Below, one piece after another: positions 19,111-28,312 of a stretch of 64,000 nt of DNA. The DNA comes from Myxococcota bacterium (GTDB lineage Bacteria; Myxococcota_A; SURF-8; G963663525): NCBI GenBank assembly GCA_963676915.2, contig CAXXVK010000043.1:236568-300567 (forward strand), in the 5' to 3' direction. Every line of letters starts with the position of its first letter. Positions within the stretch are counted from its first letter, which is position 1. The notes under the pieces are model-generated. The model was not told where the DNA came from and did not search any database. It worked only from the letters and a program-made list of their open reading frames with translations. The position numbers and the translations under genes were made by a program.

Positions 19111-21279
19111 TTAGACTGTGAAATCATCCAACGAGCGATGAAGCTGCGTGGAAATTTCCTTGAGAATATTCGAGGCTTCTCGGGTGTCTCCCGCGCCTTT
19201 TTCACTTTCTTTGGCCGCATTGCTGACACTTTCGACGCTGTGCGCGACTTCGTTCATGCCGTTGGCCGCTTCCGCCGAGCTATGCGAAATCTCCGAAGCG
19301 CCTCGGGCCAGTTCGGATACGTTTTTGGCAATTTCGTTCACGCCCATGGCCGCTTCCTGCACGTTGCGAGACACTTCATTGGCGCCTTTGGCGGCATGTT
19401 GCACGTTTTGGGCGACTTCGTTGGCTCCACGTGCGGTATTGCCGAGATTGTGTGAAATCTCGTTGGTGGTGGAGGTCTGTTCTTCCACGGCGGCGGCAAT
19501 CACCCCTGAAATCGAGTTGATCTCCGAAATTACCTGAACGATGTTGTTGATCGCCTCGATCGCGTTGTCCGAACTTTCCTGGATTTCTTCCACCTGGTCG
19601 CGGATGTCCTCGGTGGCCGAAGCGGTCTGTTTGGCCAGTTCCTTGACTTCGTTGGCTACGACCGCGAATCCTTTGCCTGCTTCACCGGCGGAGGCGGCTT
19701 CGATGGTGGCGTTGAGGGCCAGCAAGTTGGTCTGGGAGGCGATGCCTTTGATCATCTCCACGACTTTCCCAATGGATTTCGCGGACTTGCCGAGCTTGTC
19801 CATGATGCCCGATGCCATGGTTGCAGCACTTGTGGCGTCGTTGGCGATAGAGGCCGCTTCGCTGGAGTTCTTCGCGACTTCGTTCAGGGAGGCCGACATT
19901 TCTTCGATGGCCGTTGCCACCGAGTTGACGGAACCGGTCATTTCCTCTGTCGAACCGGCGATTTCACTCATGTTGGAGCTGATTTCCTCCACAGCGGCCC
20001 CAACCGTATCGAGATTCGCCGAGACTTCCTCGGACGACGAAGCGATGGTATTGGACTGTGCGCTGATCTCTTCGATGCCGACGGCAATCGTCTTGATGGA
20101 ACTGGAGGCTTCTTCCGTCGCGGCAGCAGCCGTATTGGCCATGTTGGTCACTTCTTCAGCTCCGCTAGCCATGTTATTGGCTGTGTTAAGTAATTCCTCG
20201 GAAGCTGCGGCAAGGCTGGTCGCCTGATTTTTGTTTTCCGTGACCGTTTCGTTAAGCTTTTTGGACATTTGGTTGAACTTGTCGCTGATCAAGTAGAAGA
20301 CCTTTGCGGCGACGAGTTCGTCATTGTCTTTGGCTTCGGTGGCGTCGTACTGGACGGTCAGGTCGCCATCGGCCATTTTTTCGAGAACTCCCAATAGACG
20401 GTCGGTTTCATTCGAGCGGTATGCAACCTGTTTGGCTTCGTAGTCCAGGATATTGTTGACTTTTTCGATGATGGAACGGAATTCGCCTTTATGGGCTTCC
20501 GCATCGGCGCGCTTGTCGTAGTCATTGGTGACGACAGCCTCGGCGAGTTCTCCGATATCCGTAGTGACTTGGATCAGATTGCCTCGGATCGTGTCGATGA
20601 TCTCGTTGAGAATGATCTGCTTGCCGGGAAGCTTTTCAATCGTCTGTTCGAAATCGCCGTCCGCGTAGAATTTGAGAAGGTCGATGATTTTCAAAATGAC
20701 GTTGATGTGGATTTTCATGCTGGTGTTGAAGCCATCCGCCATGGTGCCGTAAGCTCCGGGGAAGATATCGTCTTCGATGAATTTTTCGATATCTCCGGCA
20801 AGCTGTCCTTCGGTGACGCTTTCCATCTCCCCAAGAATGGCTCCCAGCATCTCCACGACCATCGCCATGTGGCCGTTGAGGTCGGTCAATCTTTCCTGCA
20901 CGCTTTGCAGAGCCGGATTGTCGATTTCTCCAACATCGATATCGATGTCCAGGTTGCCTTCCGCCAGGTTGCTAAGATTTCCGATGACCCTTTCCAACTC
21001 CGCTTCCAGGAACTGGATGGCTTTTTGCGCTTCGGCATCGCCTTCGGTGTCTTGAGCGGGAGTTTCCTGAGAGGAGAGGTCATCCAGCATTTTATTGAAC
21101 GAATTCACCAGCTTTTTATTTTTTGCTACGTAGCCTTTGACGTCGAGTCTGGCGGACAAATCGCCATCGTTGACTTGCTCAACGACTTTGATGAGGTCAT
21201 CGACGATACTTTTCTTGGGCAGTTTGACCTTTCCGTTTCCGGGAGAGGTTTCTTCTGGCATCGGGTGTTGATCGGTCAT
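19111..21279 (-). CDS. Cytoplasmic methyl-accepting chemotaxis protein with tandem HAMP-like domains
   Basis: Hairpin tip [34 protein letters not shown], repeated GDL/GDF HAMP motifs, no transmembrane segment. Confidence 0.92.
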   Translation of the reverse strand: MTDQHPMPEETSPGNGKVKLPKKSIVDDLIKVVEQVNDGDLSARLDVKGYVAKNKKLVNSFNKMLDDLSSQETPAQDTEGDAEAQKAIQFLEAELERVIGNLSNLAEGNLDIDIDVGEIDNPALQSVQERLTDLNGHMAMVVEMLGAILGEMESVTEGQLAGDIEKFIEDDIFPGAYGTMADGFNTSMKIHINVILKIIDLLKFYADGDFEQTIEKLPGKQIILNEIIDTIRGNLIQVTTDIGELAEAVVTNDYDKRADAEAHKGEFRSIIEKVNNILDYEAKQVAYRSNETDRLLGVLEKMADGDLTVQYDATEAKDNDELVAAKVFYLISDKFNQMSKKLNETVTENKNQATSLAAASEELLNTANNMASGAEEVTNMANTAAAATEEASSSIKTIAVGIEEISAQSNTIASSSEEVSANLDTVGAAVEEISSNMSEIAGSTEEMTGSVNSVATAIEEMSASLNEVAKNSSEAASIANDATSAATMASGIMDKLGKSAKSIGKVVEMIKGIASQTNLLALNATIEAASAGEAGKGFAVVANEVKELAKQTASATEDIRDQVEEIQESSDNAIEAINNIVQVISEINSISGVIAAAVEEQTSTTNEISHNLGNTARGANEVAQNVQHAAKGANEVSRNVQEAAMGVNEIAKNVSELARGASEISHSSAEAANGMNEVAHSVESVSNAAKESEKGAGDTREASNILKEISTQLHRSLDDFTV

Positions 21280-21349
21280 GTTATCGCTCCTTTTGGTGTT
21301 GCTTTCGCAAACATTTCAATTCAAATCGGCCATTATGAAAAAAATGGAA

Positions 21350-21826
21350 TCAGTGTTCCGTTTTCAGCAACTCTTTTACGTTGATCGCCAGCAGGAGCTG
21401 ATGATCGAGCATCACCACGCCGGACAGGTATCTGCCGTCGATGTCGTTGATATTGGCGGGTGGCGGTTGAATGCGGCTGGAATCGACTTCGATCACATCG
21501 CCGATGGAATCGACGAGCAATCCTACCGTTTCCCAACCGCAATATAGATCATCCCGATTTTCTCTGGCTCGGATCGGTGCCAGTTCCTCTTCGGATTTCA
21601 AAATGATATTGTGCGCGTTCTCGGTGATTTTGCATGAACCAAGACCCAGTCGGTAACTGAGATCGAAGATCGTGACGATCTGACCGCGCAGGTTGATCAA
21701 TCCACGTATGTAATCCGGAGCTTTCTGAACGTAGGTGATGTCCATCTGCTGGTTGATTTCCCGAACGAGAAGGACTTCGATCCCGAAAAGCTGATCGCGG
21801 ACCTTAAAGGTAGTGTATAGCGTCAT
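21350..21826 (-). CDS. cheW: Chemotaxis adaptor CheW
   Basis: VREI, GLINLRGQIV, GLLVDSIGDV. Confidence 0.93.
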   Translation of the reverse strand: MTLYTTFKVRDQLFGIEVLLVREINQQMDITYVQKAPDYIRGLINLRGQIVTIFDLSYRLGLGSCKITENAHNIILKSEEELAPIRARENRDDLYCGWETVGLLVDSIGDVIEVDSSRIQPPPANINDIDGRYLSGVVMLDHQLLLAINVKELLKTEH

Positions 21827-24585
21827 AATGCCTCCCTGTCGCCAGCCTCGAAATCACAGGCAATTCCCGCCGATGCGAGGATTTCCTGGGGGCTGAGGAA
21901 AGAGGTGAGCTTGTCGTGAATAATGGCCGAACCTACCATGCCCGGCCCGTCGATCAGAGGAGGCTGCAATTCGACATCCACGTCCAAAGCATCGATGATG
22001 TTGGTTACGATGATGCCCGCCTGGGCTTGCTTTTTGCTGTCGCTTCCACCGCATTTGGGAATCAGCAGGAAAACGTCCTCGGTATCCTCGGGCATGGGAT
22101 CGACCGAGATGTATTCATCCAGACGGACGACCGGTAAGCCTTTTCCGAGGTAGTGAATGAAGGATTTCTGGCCCATCGTTCGAATGTCCGATTTGGCCAC
22201 ACGCTCCAACCGTAGGATTTTTTCCTGCTCGACGGCGAAAATCTCCTCGGGATTGTTGGTGAACATGATTACCGAGCGGATGCGGTCCTCTTGAAGCTTG
22301 GTTTCGGAATCGAATTTTTCCTTGCTGAGTTTGTCTTCTTCGATGAACTCGTTGAAGTTCAGTCTGGCTTTTGTGGCGATTCCCGCAGCATCGAGAATCA
22401 TGATGACGCTGCCGTCACCAAGAATCGTGGTTCCGGCGAACATCTTGATGTCTTTCAAGTAAGTGGACAACGGCTTGACCACGATTTCCTCACCATCGAA
22501 GAGCTTATCCACGATGATGCCGAACAGGTTCTGCCCATTTTTCAACACCAGGATGTTGCAGTCGCTGTGCCAGCTTTCCCGCCGATCGTCATCGTTTCGG
22601 CGGTTGGAGGAGTCTCCTGAGCGATCGAAATATTTCGGACCGCGTCGGTCGCCGATACGTTCGCGTCGGTCGACTTTCTCCTCGCCGGTTTCCGGGTCGA
22701 TGTACGTCCGTTCGATTCCCAGAACATCGGCCAGCCGGACCAGAGGGAGCAGTCGTCCCCGCAAACGGAGCACCGGAGCACCGCGGATGGTATCCATACG
22801 GTCGGCGAATTCGTGGGCGCGAACCCATACCAGCTCTTTGATACTGACTTGTGGAACCGCGAAACGGGAGTTTCCTACACCGATAATCAAGGACGGAATG
22901 ATGGCCAAGGTCAAAGGCAGACGCAAAAGGATGGTTGTGCCTTTGCCAAGTTCGGATTCCAACTCGATATGCCCGCCCAGTTTTTCGATGTTCGTCTTGA
23001 CGACATCCATTCCCACGCCGCGCCCGGAAATGTCAGAAACTTCCTTGGCTGTGGAAAAACCGGGAGCGAAAATCAGGTTGAGGATTTCCCGCTCGCCCAT
23101 TTTGTCCAATTGCTGCGAGTCGTACATTCCCCGTTCGATGGCTTTTTGCATCACTTTTCGTTTGTCGATGCCATTGCCGTCGTCGGAAATCGAAATGTTG
23201 ACCTGCCCGCCTTCATGGTATGCGACCAAATGGACGTGTCCGGTTTTCGGCTTGTGTTTGACCAGCCGTTCGTCTGGAAGTTCGATGGCATGATCCACAC
23301 AATTGCGGATGATGTGCGTCAAGGGATCGGAAAGCATTTCGACGATGGATTTGTCCAGTTCGACTTCGGCTCCCTGGATGTCCAATTTGATATCTTTTCC
23401 CAATTTTCGGGAAAGATCGCGAACAAGGCGGGGAAATTTGCCAAAGAGTACACCGACGGCCTGCATTCGCGTTTGCATGATGCCTTCTTGCAATTCGCTG
23501 GTCACACGATCGATGTTCTGCAAAATACCTAGCAATCCCGGTACGTTATCCACGACGTTTTCCAGGGCGCGCATCAACTGATTGCGTCCCAGCACCAATT
23601 CTCCGGCGGTGTTCATAAGCTGCGTGAGCAAATCCACTCGAACACGCAAGGTTTCTGCCACGTCGTGTTTCGATGCGCTGACGTTCTTTTTAGACTTGCT
23701 GGGTTTTTCCTCGATTTCTTTTGTGATTACAGAGGTTTCCGCCATGACCTCTTCTTTGTCTCGGACCATCCAGACGCGCATACTTTCCTTGGGAATCTGC
23801 TCGATGGTTACATCCGTGACCGACAGACCCGTGGGAAACATGTCCATGTCGAGAACGGAGGCTGCGCAGAACTCTTTCTTGTTTCCGGGAATGTCCCGCG
23901 AACCCAGCAATTTCCCCAATGATTTCAACTCTTCAGCCAACGCATCGGCTTGATCCGGGGTGCTTGTGGTAATCAGGAAAAAGAACATGCCATGGCGAAT
24001 GGCGTCTTCCAATGGAACGTGATCGATAGCGAATGAACTGATTTTGTCCATCCAATTGGTTTGGGCCGGATCGGTTTCTGGTTCTGTCACCGGTTCGGGT
24101 TTGTTTGCGGGTTCAGGTGCCGTTTCTTGTGCGATTTCAACACTTTGTTCCGCAGATTGTTTGGGTTCGGGAGCCTTGGCGGGAACATCTACCGGCAGAC
24201 CTTCCACAATTTGATTCAGTTGCCGGATTTCTTCCTGGCATTCGATATTGTCCGATTCCTGCACGTCGTCCAGCATCGCTCGGAGAACATCGACCGAACG
24301 CAGAAGAACGTCCATGATTTCCTGAGTGATTTGAAGCTTTTCGTTGCGAATCAACATCAGCACGTTTTCCATGGCGTGGCTGAGTTGCTTCAACGATTCG
24401 AGCGATAGGAACGACGATCCGCCTTTGATGGAATGGATAGCCCGAAAGACTCTGTTGACGATTTCCTTGGGAACATCGTTTTGCTGTTCTTCCAGGGTCA
24501 GCAGGTCCGGTTCGATGGCGTTGAGGTGATCGCGACATTCCGCCACGAAATCGCTCATCAGGCTTTCATCGGCATATTGGCTCAT
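21823..24585 (-). CDS. cheA: Chemotaxis histidine kinase CheA with two C-terminal CheW-like domains
   Basis: Hpt FRAIHSIKG, HATPase HIIRNCVDHAIE, DDGNG and SGRGVGMDVV, then PLTLAI and VVKPL. Confidence 0.96.
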   Translation of the reverse strand: MSQYADESLMSDFVAECRDHLNAIEPDLLTLEEQQNDVPKEIVNRVFRAIHSIKGGSSFLSLESLKQLSHAMENVLMLIRNEKLQITQEIMDVLLRSVDVLRAMLDDVQESDNIECQEEIRQLNQIVEGLPVDVPAKAPEPKQSAEQSVEIAQETAPEPANKPEPVTEPETDPAQTNWMDKISSFAIDHVPLEDAIRHGMFFFLITTSTPDQADALAEELKSLGKLLGSRDIPGNKKEFCAASVLDMDMFPTGLSVTDVTIEQIPKESMRVWMVRDKEEVMAETSVITKEIEEKPSKSKKNVSASKHDVAETLRVRVDLLTQLMNTAGELVLGRNQLMRALENVVDNVPGLLGILQNIDRVTSELQEGIMQTRMQAVGVLFGKFPRLVRDLSRKLGKDIKLDIQGAEVELDKSIVEMLSDPLTHIIRNCVDHAIELPDERLVKHKPKTGHVHLVAYHEGGQVNISISDDGNGIDKRKVMQKAIERGMYDSQQLDKMGEREILNLIFAPGFSTAKEVSDISGRGVGMDVVKTNIEKLGGHIELESELGKGTTILLRLPLTLAIIPSLIIGVGNSRFAVPQVSIKELVWVRAHEFADRMDTIRGAPVLRLRGRLLPLVRLADVLGIERTYIDPETGEEKVDRRERIGDRRGPKYFDRSGDSSNRRNDDDRRESWHSDCNILVLKNGQNLFGIIVDKLFDGEEIVVKPLSTYLKDIKMFAGTTILGDGSVIMILDAAGIATKARLNFNEFIEEDKLSKEKFDSETKLQEDRIRSVIMFTNNPEEIFAVEQEKILRLERVAKSDIRTMGQKSFIHYLGKGLPVVRLDEYISVDPMPEDTEDVFLLIPKCGGSDSKKQAQAGIIVTNIIDALDVDVELQPPLIDGPGMVGSAIIHDKLTSFLSPQEILASAGIACDFEAGDREAL

Positions 24586-24721
24586 GGTGTTTCCTCTTGC
24601 ATCCGGTACAATCGGCGGCTTTCGACATTGCTGGTCCGAGCCTAAAAGTTCTCATCTTAAATAACGGGAATTTATCGGGGAACTGAACTGCTCCCCGATA
24701 AAAATCCCTTCATAAGTCGGA

Positions 24722-25315
24722 TTAGACTGGAGTAATGATGAACTCTCCATAGTCGTCCCCGCATTCGATGCCTTTGACCTGCTCGCATTGGAAGGTTCCG
24801 TTGCCGTCCGGGTAGGGTTTGCCATACGCCAGATCCATGAACGCGGCGCAAACGCCTTGAATCATGTAGGCGGACGGCACCTTGGAGGCACCGAGTTCCA
24901 CGATGTCGGATTCGTAGTAGTCGTACGCTCTGACGACCATTTTCTTCTCGGGAACCAATTCCACGATTTCGGCTTTGGCCCAACCCCAGGCGGTGAACAC
25001 GGCGAAGGCACCATGCAGCACGTCTTCGGGGGCGTTTTCGATCATCGGTTCCACGACGGCTTTCCATTCCTCGCTGGTGATGATGCCGTACCCCGTGTTG
25101 TATCCGCAGGAATTCGCGGCGTTGTACAGCAGGTACTGTGCAGCTTCGAGCATGTCGGCGGAAACCGATTTTGTGATCAATTCCGAGAAGTTATTCCAGA
25201 ACGACGCCGGCAGTTGGTTGACGAGAACGTTGAAGCCGGGGATCAAACCGTCATCGTTGGATTGGACTTGAAGCTTCGACAGGGAGTCGATGATTTTCTT
25301 TCGATCGATGGCCAT
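24722..25315 (-). CDS. V4R (4-vinyl reductase-like) domain protein 2
   Basis: AWGWAKAEI, GVCAAFM and C-terminal CEQVKGIECGDDYGEFII match the V4R pattern. RBS AGGAG. Confidence 0.75.
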   Translation of the reverse strand: MAIDRKKIIDSLSKLQVQSNDDGLIPGFNVLVNQLPASFWNNFSELITKSVSADMLEAAQYLLYNAANSCGYNTGYGIITSEEWKAVVEPMIENAPEDVLHGAFAVFTAWGWAKAEIVELVPEKKMVVRAYDYYESDIVELGASKVPSAYMIQGVCAAFMDLAYGKPYPDGNGTFQCEQVKGIECGDDYGEFIITPV

Positions 25316-25330
25316 AGGTCACTCCTTTCC

Positions 25331-25867
25331 TTAAGCGCGAACGATGGCGAATTTGGAGGTTTCGGCACCGGAAACGATGCTCTGCACTTCGTTGACCTTG
25401 TAGCTTCCCATGGGAAGATCATAGATGGCCGCCATGGCCGCCGAAAGGTAGCCCTGGCCGACGAAGTTGACGGCTTTGTCCCGTTTGCCCCACTTTTTGA
25501 CCCAGCCTTCATCCACATGGCTGTGAGCCATTTCAGCGGTGGCGGACAGTTTGCCGACATGCTCGAAATGAAGCAGTCCCATGCCGCAGACTTTCCAGTA
25601 TTCCTCCGCAAGTGCCACACGCTCTACAAGCTCGTTGACCTGGTGCTTTTTGAAATAATCTTTCAGAACTTTGGTAAAGCTCAGTTCGGCGGCCTGACGC
25701 ATCAACCCCTTTCCATCCACCATTTCGGCATCATCCGCCAATTGGCAGTAAAGCGTAATGTAGTGGTGGCAGTGCAGGACCGTTACGGCATCGTTGTTGT
25801 AGTGACGTGTGGTTTTCGGGTCGAACCGATGATCGATCTCCCATTCCACTTTTTTGAATTTTGCCAT
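25331..25867 (-). CDS. V4R-like domain protein 1 with LHCHHY motif
   Basis: LHCHHY, GMG, GYLSAAMAA and V.EVQSIVSGAETSKF (degenerate V4R C-terminus). RBS AGGAGG. Confidence 0.65.
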   Translation of the reverse strand: MAKFKKVEWEIDHRFDPKTTRHYNNDAVTVLHCHHYITLYCQLADDAEMVDGKGLMRQAAELSFTKVLKDYFKKHQVNELVERVALAEEYWKVCGMGLLHFEHVGKLSATAEMAHSHVDEGWVKKWGKRDKAVNFVGQGYLSAAMAAIYDLPMGSYKVNEVQSIVSGAETSKFAIVRA

Positions 25868-25879
25868 AAGGAACCTCCT

Positions 25880-26071
25880 TTACAGTTTCGGGGCGTCGGC
25901 GCCCAGGACTTCTTTTGCAATTTCATAGGCTTTGGCGAGAACTTCCGGCGTGTCTTCCGCGTCACCTGCCTTATTGGAGGGAACGTTGGTTTTCATCGCC
26001 ATCCGCATTTTCGCCTTTAAGCCTCCTTTCGCTTCCACCAGTTCGTAATACTTCTTCAGTTTGTCTCCCAT
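25880..26071 (-). CDS. Small hypothetical protein (63 aa)
   Basis: RBS AAGGAG, helical sequence GGLKAKMRMAMKTNVPS, tightly packed in the operon. Confidence 0.8.
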   Translation of the reverse strand: MGDKLKKYYELVEAKGGLKAKMRMAMKTNVPSNKAGDAEDTPEVLAKAYEIAKEVLGADAPKL

Positions 26072-26363
26072 GGAGTTCTCCTTTCTCTATGAGTTGTTTC
26101 ACATCCTCCAAAATGGAAGATGCGGCGGTCCGGGATAGAGTTACCCGCATCGTGTTGTTGCCAAGCACTCCTTGAATGGTGCATATTTTTTGATAGGTAA
26201 GTTTGAAATAAGGTCTGGGAAAATCCTTGAAATATTCAAGGTTTCCAAAGTTGCCCAAGGTTAAAATCAAGCTTTCGTCAGCCGGTTGATCGAGAACGAT
26301 TTCCCGCATCAGATCTTCATCGAAGCAGTCTTCTACCGTTCGGATGTCGAGAACTCGTGTCAT
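25971..26363 (-). CDS. Hypothetical protein with EDCFD motif
   Basis: Start overlaps the desulfurase stop (ATGA). Core of about 100 aa (EDCFD, EYFKDFPRPYF, QGVLG). The last ~100 nt overlap the next gene, so the true 3' end is uncertain. Confidence 0.65.
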   Translation of the reverse strand: MTRVLDIRTVEDCFDEDLMREIVLDQPADESLILTLGNFGNLEYFKDFPRPYFKLTYQKICTIQGVLGNNTMRVTLSRTAASSILEDVKQLIEKGELHGRQTEEVLRTGGSERRLKGENADGDENQRSLQ

Positions 26364-27508
26364 GGTTTCACCAGCCTTTTCAGGGCGTCGGAAAACTCGA
26401 ACACCTCTTTTTCCGTATTGAAAGCGCTGACACTCGCACGGATGTTTCCGTCGGGGGCTGTTCCGATGGTGTCGTGAATCAGCGGTGCGCAATGCAGTCC
26501 GTGACGGGTTTCAAAGCCGAAGGATTCTGACAGGATGAACCCAAGTTCTTCCGGTGACCATCCCTTGGCCTGAAACGACACGACACCCGCCCGGCCGTCG
26601 GATTTGGCGAGAGGGGAGAGGGAAATCCCTTCGATTTCTTTGAGATTTTTCCGCATTAGCTGCACGAGAGTGTTTCGGTGTTTTCCCAAAGCACCTACAC
26701 CACGTTCCAGCACAAATTCGACTCCTGCCGCCAGCCCGGCGATCCCCGGAAGGTTGGGGGTTCCGGCTTCGTAACGAATCGGTAGCGAGGAAGGTTGCAG
26801 CAGGCTTTCGCTTTGAATACCGGTTCCTCCCGTCAGAACCGGTTCGAGACTGTTGTCCGGCAGGATCAGTCCACCGGTTCCCATCGGTCCGAAAAGCCCT
26901 TTGTGCCCGGCAAAAGCAACATATGTTTGTCCGGGAAGCTTTTCATAATTCAACTCGACGCTGCCCGCCGATTGCGCGGCATCGATCAGAAATGGAATTC
27001 GGTGCTTCGCTGCGATATCAGCGATTTCCTCAACCGGTTGGATGCAGCCGGTTACATTCGAAGCATGGGTGACTACGATCAGTCGAGTATCCGAGTCGAT
27101 AGATTCTTGTAAAGTCTTGGGGAGTACACGACCGTCTTTTTCCGGATTCAGGTAAACAATACGAGTTCCGAATCGTTGGCTGCCATGTTCGAGAGGGCGG
27201 ATAACTGAGTTGTGCTCAAGGCGTGTCGTAACGCAATTTCCACCGGGAGATTGCCGTAAGTACCCTGTAATGACTAGGTTTAAGGCAATCGTAGCCGAAG
27301 GTGTCAAAATAACTTGAGAGGGAGTGGGAACGTGAAAGAGAAGGGCTAGTCGTTTTCGACAGGGGAGGGTTGGATCTTGTTGTTGATGGGATCTACCTGG
27401 TTCACTTGGAGGCAACAGTAAACTCTGTCTGACTGCCTCTGTGACGCGCTTTGGCTTAGGAAAGCTGGTCGCAGCGTTATTCAGGTATATGAAGTGGCTC
27501 TGATCCAT
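26360..27508 (-). CDS. Cysteine desulfurase family protein (class V PLP enzyme, group II-like)
   Basis: YLNNAATSFPKP, EHNSV, THASNV, DAAQ, GHKG (PLP Lys), EAGTPN, RHGLHCAP (catalytic Cys). Confidence 0.9.
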   Translation of the reverse strand: MDQSHFIYLNNAATSFPKPKRVTEAVRQSLLLPPSEPGRSHQQQDPTLPCRKRLALLFHVPTPSQVILTPSATIALNLVITGYLRQSPGGNCVTTRLEHNSVIRPLEHGSQRFGTRIVYLNPEKDGRVLPKTLQESIDSDTRLIVVTHASNVTGCIQPVEEIADIAAKHRIPFLIDAAQSAGSVELNYEKLPGQTYVAFAGHKGLFGPMGTGGLILPDNSLEPVLTGGTGIQSESLLQPSSLPIRYEAGTPNLPGIAGLAAGVEFVLERGVGALGKHRNTLVQLMRKNLKEIEGISLSPLAKSDGRAGVVSFQAKGWSPEELGFILSESFGFETRHGLHCAPLIHDTIGTAPDGNIRASVSAFNTEKEVFEFSDALKRLVKP

Positions 27509-27748
27509 CCTAGATCTTTCCCCTGTCCTAAAATTTCAATAGCCAGTGCTTTTTCGCAATTCCGAGATCAACAAATAGCGTTTTTGTTACACTTTCCTTG
27601 CCAGTTACAAGCGGCTGAAAGCTCCATCTCGTTCCGGAGATGATGAACCTTAGGTTGATAGAACGAGATGGAACGAAAATTCAGCCTTCAGAAAGCGAGG
27701 AATTCGTCTGCCCCCCCATTGCAACATGATGCTGAACCTGATGCATGT

Positions 27749-27766
27749 AATAGTCAGGTGACTATT
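27749..27766. promoter_or_regulatory. Candidate operator palindrome
   Basis: AATAGTCA-GG-TGACTATT, a perfect 8-bp inverted repeat in the divergent intergenic region. Confidence 0.35.
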
Positions 27767-28312
27767 CCTGCTTTCTGTTTATTTGAATCGGTTACATGAA
27801 ACGTGACTTGAGAGAAAAAAAGAAAAAATCAATAAAGTCATATATGTATGAATATTGAGGCAGTAGCTGTCGAAAAGTGTGCTCTTAAATGCACGGCTCG
27901 GGAGGGGGTGGAGTGCATTCGGTTTTTGTAATATTTTGATGAAAAAAGGCGACATTCGAATGAGGATATGAAATCGTTTTTATTCGCCTTCAGCCCTCAA
28001 GTGACTAAGAACGACTCTATTATTGCATAGATGTAATAAAGTATTTGTTTGGGTGATAATATTAAAATACGTCAAGCTAGAGAGTAAGATCGTCGGATTG
28101 GAACGGTGGAGAGGAAAGAGGTAGTGTCTTGAGTACATCTCGGTAACTACATGGTTTAAAACATTGGCTTTAATGACGAAAATCTGCTCTGTCGAATCTC
28201 CTCGTCAGGCACTCAAACCTGAAATAACTTGCTTCGAAGGGTGCCCCTCTGTTATTTACTGAGTACGGTTCGGTAAGGTCTTCATACGGCCTTTGCATGA
28301 GATAAAACACGA

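Noticed and set aside
24586-24660. Sigma28 promoter before cheA (GCCGATTG on the minus strand)
   Set aside because: No TAAA-like -35 at the expected spacing
27540-27700. Known riboswitch or sigma54 promoter upstream of the desulfurase
   Set aside because: No conserved riboswitch core recognised, and the TGGCA element lacks the -12 GC
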